A stretch of DNA of 51,915 nt from Candidatus Fermentibacterota bacterium. GTDB lineage: Bacteria; JAFGKV01. The notes under the pieces were generated by a model. That model saw only the letters and a program-made list of their open reading frames with translations, was not told the origin of the DNA and ran no database searches. Position numbers and translations under genes: made by a program. Of the stretch, positions 46,918 to 51,915 are shown piece after piece. Within the stretch, counting starts at the first letter, position 1, and each line of letters opens with the position of its first letter. The stretch covers positions 1 through 51,915 of the forward strand of contig JAUXFG010000004.1 in assembly GCA_030620115.1 (NCBI GenBank), read 5' to 3'.

Positions 46918-47808
46918 TCACTCCTGAGCCTTGCGCTTCACCTGCACCTTGCGCTCTACCTGCACCTTGCGCTTCACGAGCGTTCGGATGAATTCTCTGA
47001 TGATCGGATAGTCCTTAGGGGAAAATTGCGCCCCACGCGCCAAGAACCGTGTCTGAACACTGGCGCCGAGTTCCCGCACGCGAAGGGCAAGATCAGCCGA
47101 CGAGATAGCATCCTCCGCTTCCGTGCCAATCAGGGCGAGACACGGAACATCATCAAGATGCCCCAACCCCCCTTGCAGAAGCGTTCGAACGGGTCCGTCG
47201 GCATATCCGGAGACCAACACCACTCCATCCACCAACTCCCGATGGGCTGCGGCCCATACCGCCGCGACTCCGGCGCCTTGGCGAAAGCCGAGCACGAATA
47301 TGGGAGGCAGTTTTTTCGCCTTCATGTCTATCACTCGTTCCAGCACCTGGTCCACAAAGTACAGGGAGAGGGAGAGCCCTCCGTCAACCCAGGAACTCGA
47401 TCGAGTCGAGATCCATGAATAGCCGCGAAATGTTTGTGGCTCACCGGTCTCGGAGTCATCCACGTGCCATGTCGTTTCCACGGGTGCCTGGATGATCACA
47501 TGGTGCAAGAAGGCGGTATCGATTCGTGCAGCAATCTTCATGAAGTTCGGCGCATTGTCGCCTGCCCCATGGAAAAGCAGCAACGTAGCTTCAGGGATAT
47601 TCCTCTTCGGCTGCATCACCTTATACGTGCAGTCGATATTCCCCCGCCACACATACTCCTGCATGGAGCACGCAGCAAGGCGCAGCGAATCCCCCGTGGT
47701 CAGACTCATGAATTCATCTGTGGCATAGGCACGCGTCGTGCATCCCCACAATCCGAGCACAATCATTATCGCATACAGGCTACTGGTGGGTCGAATCCGC
47801 ATCATCAT
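46918..47808 (-). CDS. Exported alpha/beta-hydrolase (phospholipase/carboxylesterase fold), probably catalytically inactive
   Basis: LLFHGAGDN, IQAP, GYSW, nucleophile elbow GFRQGA (canonical GFSQG); signal or lipoprotein-like N-terminus. Confidence 0.75.
   Translation of the reverse strand: MMMRIRPTSSLYAIMIVLGLWGCTTRAYATDEFMSLTTGDSLRLAACSMQEYVWRGNIDCTYKVMQPKRNIPEATLLLFHGAGDNAPNFMKIAARIDTAFLHHVIIQAPVETTWHVDDSETGEPQTFRGYSWISTRSSSWVDGGLSLSLYFVDQVLERVIDMKAKKLPPIFVLGFRQGAGVAAVWAAAHRELVDGVVLVSGYADGPVRTLLQGGLGHLDDVPCLALIGTEAEDAISSADLALRVRELGASVQTRFLARGAQFSPKDYPIIREFIRTLVKRKVQVERKVQVKRKAQE
46929..46977. repeat. 18-bp tandem repeat (2.7 units) encoding the hydrolase tail
   Basis: ccttgcgcttcacctgca / ccttgcgctctacctgca / ccttgcgcttcac gives VKRKVQ VERKVQ VKRKAQ. 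Confidence 0.8.
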
Positions 47809-48048
47809 TCTCCTGTCTCATCTCGAAAGCTGACCTGAAACTTCATCCCGAACTTCCCCTTCCTCGTCCCCAAAACCCCCTCGGGAGCCTCATCGATTTT
47901 CCCAAAACTTCGTCCCAAGAGCATGGAATCCCATCATCAGAACTCAACGGGAACGGGATCAATACCAGAGAAGAAAGGGTCTGGTATTGCCAGCCGCCAC
48001 CTCAGCGCGTATTCTCTTGTTCATCGCTGGAGGGAAACGAGCCCGTTT

Positions 48049-48957
48049 ATGAAACAGAAAAACGAAAAAACACAAGCATGGGTCAGATCATGGCTCCAAA
48101 CATTGGCTGTTGAGCGTAACCTCTCTCGACATACCATTCTGGCATATAGAGCCGAGGTGAACCGGTTCATAACCTGGCTAAGAGAAGAAAAAGACTCTTG
48201 CCCCATCACGGCCGGCAAGAGCGATGTCGCCCAGTATCTTTCTCTCCTTGGTCAGGTGGGGCTTTCTCGATCAAGCCAAAGAAGATGCTATGCCGCACTT
48301 CGGAGTTTTTATCTATTCGGCCAGATGGAAGGCTGGTCGACCCTGGATCTCTCACAAGGAATCTCGGTACCGCGGCTGCAGAGAACACTCCCCACGGTTC
48401 TTTCGGTTCACCAGATTGAGCGCCTGCTTGACCAACCAGATCTGGCCACTCCCCTGGGGATCAGAGACAGAACCACGCTCGAACTCCTGTATTCATCGGG
48501 AATGAGGGCATCGGAATGTGTGACGCTCTCACTTGAGACGCTCTCACTGAAGGATCAGACACTCCGTGTGTATGGAAAGGGTGGAAAGGTTCGGATGCTG
48601 CCCATTGGAACCCCCGCTCGGCAATGGTTGAGCAAGTACCTCACCGAAGCAAGGCCATTGCTCCTGAAAGGAAGAGTGTCACCATTCATATTCATTGTGC
48701 GGGGAGGCAAGCCCCTCTCAAGGATTACTCTTTGGCATATGGTGAAAAAGTATGCGCGTCGAGCCGGCCTCGGGGAGAAGGTGAGCCCTCATACCCTGCG
48801 TCACAGCTACGCCACCCACCTGCTGGAAGGAGGCGCCGACCTCCGCGTAGTCCAGGAGCTTCTCGGGCATGTCAGCATCACCACGACACAGATCTATACG
48901 CACTTAGACAGGGATTATCTCATGGAGGTGCACCGCCAATTCCATCCCCGCGCCTAA
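48049..48957 (+). CDS. xerD: Tyrosine recombinase XerD
   Basis: ERNLSRHTILAY, LYSSGMRASE, GKGGKVR, SPHTLRHSYATHLLEGGADLRVVQELLGH...TTQIY, C-terminal HPRA. Confidence 0.92.
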   Translation: MKQKNEKTQAWVRSWLQTLAVERNLSRHTILAYRAEVNRFITWLREEKDSCPITAGKSDVAQYLSLLGQVGLSRSSQRRCYAALRSFYLFGQMEGWSTLDLSQGISVPRLQRTLPTVLSVHQIERLLDQPDLATPLGIRDRTTLELLYSSGMRASECVTLSLETLSLKDQTLRVYGKGGKVRMLPIGTPARQWLSKYLTEARPLLLKGRVSPFIFIVRGGKPLSRITLWHMVKKYARRAGLGEKVSPHTLRHSYATHLLEGGADLRVVQELLGHVSITTTQIYTHLDRDYLMEVHRQFHPRA

Positions 48958-48994
48958 CCCACACTTCGCACTCCCTGCAAAGTGGCGCAGGTCA

Positions 48995-49050
48995 GTGGCG
49001 CAGGCGTCCTCTCCGAGGCGTAGGCTCTACGAGCCGGAGGCCTGCCTGCG
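48995..49050. repeat. REP-like palindrome with nested insertion
   Basis: GTGGCGCAGGCGTCCT[CTCCGAGGCGTAGGCTCTACGAGCCGGAGG]CCTGCCTGCG. Confidence 0.55.
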
Positions 49051-49099
49051 ATCTTCCCCTGCCTGCGTTTTTTCTCCATAACATCTCAATAAGTCCGAG

Positions 49100-49540
49100 C
49101 ATCCGACCTTCTCCCCTCCCAGATTCTTCGGCCGCTCCGCTCCCTCAGAATGACACGCAATACCACATCCATTTGCGCGCTGTCCCTGTCATTCTGAGCG
49201 ACTACAAGGAGCGAAGAATCTCTCCCCCGACATTCTCACACTTTGGATTGCTTCCCGAACTTCCCCCCCCACTCCACCATCTGCATGCTCAACGCTCAAC
49301 GCTGCACGCTCTTTTCTTCCCCATTCCCCCATTCACCCATTTCATCAGCATCTCTGGAGGGACACGCTCTGTCGCGTCCGTCGTATCGAGCATCAACGGC
49401 CATGACGGAGCATGGCCCTCCATCATCCTCACTTCGACGTTGAATGTTGAATATTGAATGTTCGATGTTCTACCCCTCATTTCCCCATTCCACCATCTGA
49501 TCGCTCAACGCTCATCGCTATACGCTCTCTTCTCCCCATC
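49100..49540. repeat. Composite intergenic repeat mosaic (family B pair, heptamers, family A doublet)
   Basis: Contains 49120-49221 (family B), 49355-49422 (family A) and 49433-49470 (heptamers). Confidence 0.8.
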
Positions 49541-49543
49541 CCC

Positions 49544-50056
49544 TCACGGCAGCACAAATGCGGATTGAATTGCTTCACGTGCGTTATCGAGTTCCGACTC
49601 CTTCACAAGACACGCCACCGTGGATATGGATGTTGATACGCCGAGAACCTGGATTCCCTTGGTGGCAAGACAACAAAATAGATTCGCTGCAATGTCAGGT
49701 GTCTCGCGAAAATGCGGCCCATAGACCCCAATGGTCGCCACATCATAGATGAGGTCGATCTTCTCTGCTTCAACCGTTGCGCGCACACCCTCCATATCGG
49801 CAACCACTTTCTCACCATCCTGCTTATCCATGCAAAGTATGAAGTTTGCGGTGCCTCTGACATCGCTTGCAGAGGAGATGAATTCAACATTCACATCAAG
49901 GGTGGCCAGGTAGTGAAAGAGACGTCCACCTGCCCCGGGAATGTCCCGTATCCCCATGATTCTCACCATGGACAGCCCCCGGCTCTCAATGATGCCCCCA
50001 ATGGTGAGCTTGCGCCCAGTGCACCCATGCTGAATCGTTGTACGTCTTGGGATCAC
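49544..50056 (-). CDS. Stand-alone tandem ACT-domain protein (aspartokinase beta-subunit-like)
   Basis: GTG after GGAGGAGG; GIRDIPGAGGRLFHYLA..VNVEFI and VATIGVYGPHFRETPDIAANLF...VSTSISTVACLV. Confidence 0.8.
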   Translation of the reverse strand: MIPRRTTIQHGCTGRKLTIGGIIESRGLSMVRIMGIRDIPGAGGRLFHYLATLDVNVEFISSASDVRGTANFILCMDKQDGEKVVADMEGVRATVEAEKIDLIYDVATIGVYGPHFRETPDIAANLFCCLATKGIQVLGVSTSISTVACLVKESELDNAREAIQSAFVLP

Positions 50057-50129
50057 CTGCCTCCTCCGCGAAAAAGCCTTGAAAGAAACGCCATCATGAC
50101 CAGAAGTCTCGTCCGTGAGGGGCTCCAGG

Positions 50130-51512
50130 CTAGAGCAGCACCTTCGGCGCCTGGGGCAGCACGATCGGGCTCGCCACATGCTCCGCAACGATCTTCGTCG
50201 TTCCCCCTACCCTCAGCTGCTCGTAAAGGAAACCAAACTTGTCCTCGAGACTCTGCATGATGGGCGAGAGTATCTCTTCAGGAAGACTCCACAGCTCTTG
50301 TTTGAAGGGGCCGAACCCCTTCTTCCTTGTCTTGTAGATAAACTGCTCCTCGGTCTGCCCCTCTTTCCATTCTTTCTGATGCTTCTCTTTCAGAGATGCG
50401 TAGATCCTCTCCTTCAGCTCCGTGGGAAACATATCATGGTCGCAAATGATGTTCTGGAATCCTGTGGCTAGGTGCACCTCTGCAGCCCCGGCCTCCGGAA
50501 AACGATGGAAAAGCTCGTCAGGAAGCGTTGAAGCGCCGTGCTGAACTGTTCCTGCAATCCCGTATTCCCGCGTTCCAACCTTGGTGATATCCTCCAACAC
50601 CGCGAAGTCCAGCTTCACCTTGGCTATGGTGCCGTCGGGCAGCGGAACACCGCCATGGGATGTACCGGTCTGCACGCTGATTTTGCTGATGCCTTTCATG
50701 TCAGGGGGAAGTTGCTCGCGCAGTCCATCCATATATACCCGAAATTCCTGCACAGTACTATTCTTGCCGCCAACCTCGCCGATCTCTCCGCCCACACTCA
50801 CGGTGATGCCCTCTGGCTCATGGGCGCGAATGAGCTCCGTCATGGCCGCCGCCACCTCGAAGTTGTCCCGCTGCTGTTCCACTTCCGTGGGACGTTCAAG
50901 CACCACCAGGGTCGAGCTATCGATGTCGATATTGTAGAACCCGGCCTCAAGCGCCTCCTTGATGATAACCTTGAGCCCTTCGATCTCTTTATCACGATCA
51001 GCGAAATATCCTGCGGCTTTGGCCTGGAAGTGATCTCCCTGTATGAATACCGGCCCTTTGAATCCTTCTTTGATCGCAGCGCCGAGAACACAGGTAACAT
51101 ACTCAGAAGGCCGCTGCTCGGTATACCCGATTTCGCTCCTGGCGATCTCGAAGATCAGAGCGCCCACATCTCTCTTGATTGCCGCACGAAACGCGGCGCG
51201 GGAGGCATCATAGGTGATTCCTCGAATATTCATGGCTGGAACAGTAAAACCACCGGCCTCACCCCGACCCATGGCTTCATAGAGCCCTTGGATGGAGCTC
51301 GGGATTGCACCAAGCGCGCATGCGCTTGCCCGCACAAGCCATCGACTTGCATTCCGGATTCCCTCATCAGGATTGAACACCGCATTCCTCACGAGATCAT
51401 CAATCAGCCGCTCCCGAAGCGCCGGCTCATCAATGACAGCCAGGATGCCGGGCTCGTCGATTCTGAGAATTCCTTCGTGCGCCTGACGCATATCTTCGAT
51501 ATTGTTCCACAT
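50130..51512 (-). CDS. Class II fructose-bisphosphate aldolase family protein (long form)
   Basis: FTVPAMN, IARSEIGYT, QGDHFQ, DIDSS, GGEIGEVG, GTSHGG, VQHGASTLP, VHLATG; GAGGAGGAG RBS. Confidence 0.88.
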   Translation of the reverse strand: MWNNIEDMRQAHEGILRIDEPGILAVIDEPALRERLIDDLVRNAVFNPDEGIRNASRWLVRASACALGAIPSSIQGLYEAMGRGEAGGFTVPAMNIRGITYDASRAAFRAAIKRDVGALIFEIARSEIGYTEQRPSEYVTCVLGAAIKEGFKGPVFIQGDHFQAKAAGYFADRDKEIEGLKVIIKEALEAGFYNIDIDSSTLVVLERPTEVEQQRDNFEVAAAMTELIRAHEPEGITVSVGGEIGEVGGKNSTVQEFRVYMDGLREQLPPDMKGISKISVQTGTSHGGVPLPDGTIAKVKLDFAVLEDITKVGTREYGIAGTVQHGASTLPDELFHRFPEAGAAEVHLATGFQNIICDHDMFPTELKERIYASLKEKHQKEWKEGQTEEQFIYKTRKKGFGPFKQELWSLPEEILSPIMQSLEDKFGFLYEQLRVGGTTKIVAEHVASPIVLPQAPKVLL

Positions 51513-51591
51513 GGATATGCTCCTCCTCAAATTCAAAGGTTATGGAGACCCGGATACTTCGCAAGTCGCATTCGTTCCCACACAAGCCATC

Positions 51592-51646
51592 GGGGCACGG
51601 CATGCCGTGCCCACATGAGACCGTAGGGGCACGGCATGCCGTGCCC
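51592..51646. repeat. Two GTAG-type REP palindromes (GGGCACGGCATGCCGTGCCC)
   Basis: Perfect 20-bp palindrome twice, the second preceded by GTAG at 51623. Confidence 0.85.
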
Positions 51647-51915
51647 AAGAGCAACACAGAGTCATATTACCCAGTTTCACTCATGCGTGCCTCAGGAAAG
51701 CGTTCCCAGAAGCCAATGTCAAGCAATCACTGTCGCAGTACCGCATTGCCCCACAGATATGGCGAATGGTGTTCTCAGAGATATGCTCATCCGCCGTCGG
51801 ATTCATCGCCGATTGACCACCACAGATTTTCATGGTACGAAAAGGACCCCTAAAGATCAGGACCTGGTATCGCCGGCAAAGGTTACCGCTCGGTTGCCCC
51901 ACAGAGGGATTCTGA

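Noticed and set aside
48049-48957. Phage or island integrase marking a mobile element
   Set aside because: Length and motifs (HPRA end) match housekeeping XerD; no att/tRNA site, phage genes or dif-like site was recognised.
48624-49457. 277-aa ORF overlapping xerD
   Set aside because: Out-of-frame overlap with xerD that runs into repeat DNA; no protein-like features.
50538-51626. 362-aa + strand ORF
   Set aside because: Antisense shadow of the aldolase caused by codon bias; the same applies to 20026-21099, 15648-16646, 10794-11693 and 13975-14778.
51650-51915. Short ORFs or a transposase fragment at the right edge
   Set aside because: No recognisable motif in any frame, and the region is truncated by the window boundary.

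Overview
A gene-dense bacterial chromosomal window, most likely from a diderm, non-Bacteroidota FCB-group-like lineage. This placement is an inference from the T9SS-style C-terminal domains (CTDs), a PorV/PorQ-family barrel, C25 peptidases and CarboxypepD-reg TonB receptors. From left to right: (1) a minus-strand cca-murJ-murG::HEAT-mraY lipid II module outside the usual dcw order; (2) a TPR lipoprotein; (3) a SusD-less uptake-like locus of TonB receptor, giant acidic CTD protein, PorV-family barrel and a 4xCBM20-like CTD protein; (4) a deoxyhypusine-synthase-like gene whose start codon is supplied by a TA-flanked MITE, then a PLP aminotransferase and a 7-repeat secreted CTD protein; (5) a ~22 kb minus-strand run of pseudo-hydrolase, lipid kinase, two paralogous C25/PorU-like proteins (one with an intact His-Cys dyad and CTD, one His->Arg with no CTD), wzm, wzt with a coiled-coil insert, a coiled-coil protein, a coiled-coil methyltransferase, GT2 and two GT4, followed by a lipoprotein and a GT-C-like membrane protein; (6) xerD, a stand-alone ACT protein and a class II aldolase. 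Intergenic DNA is filled with nested REP-like palindromes, MITEs and 7/8-mer tandem repeats. The best candidates for undescribed biology are a sortase-like C25 pair co-encoded with its putative glycan-anchor exporter, the TBDR/CTD-protein/PorV module replacing SusCD, and a translation-neutral MITE insertion. No rRNA, tRNA or CRISPR array was recognised. All family calls come from motif recognition only; no searches were run.
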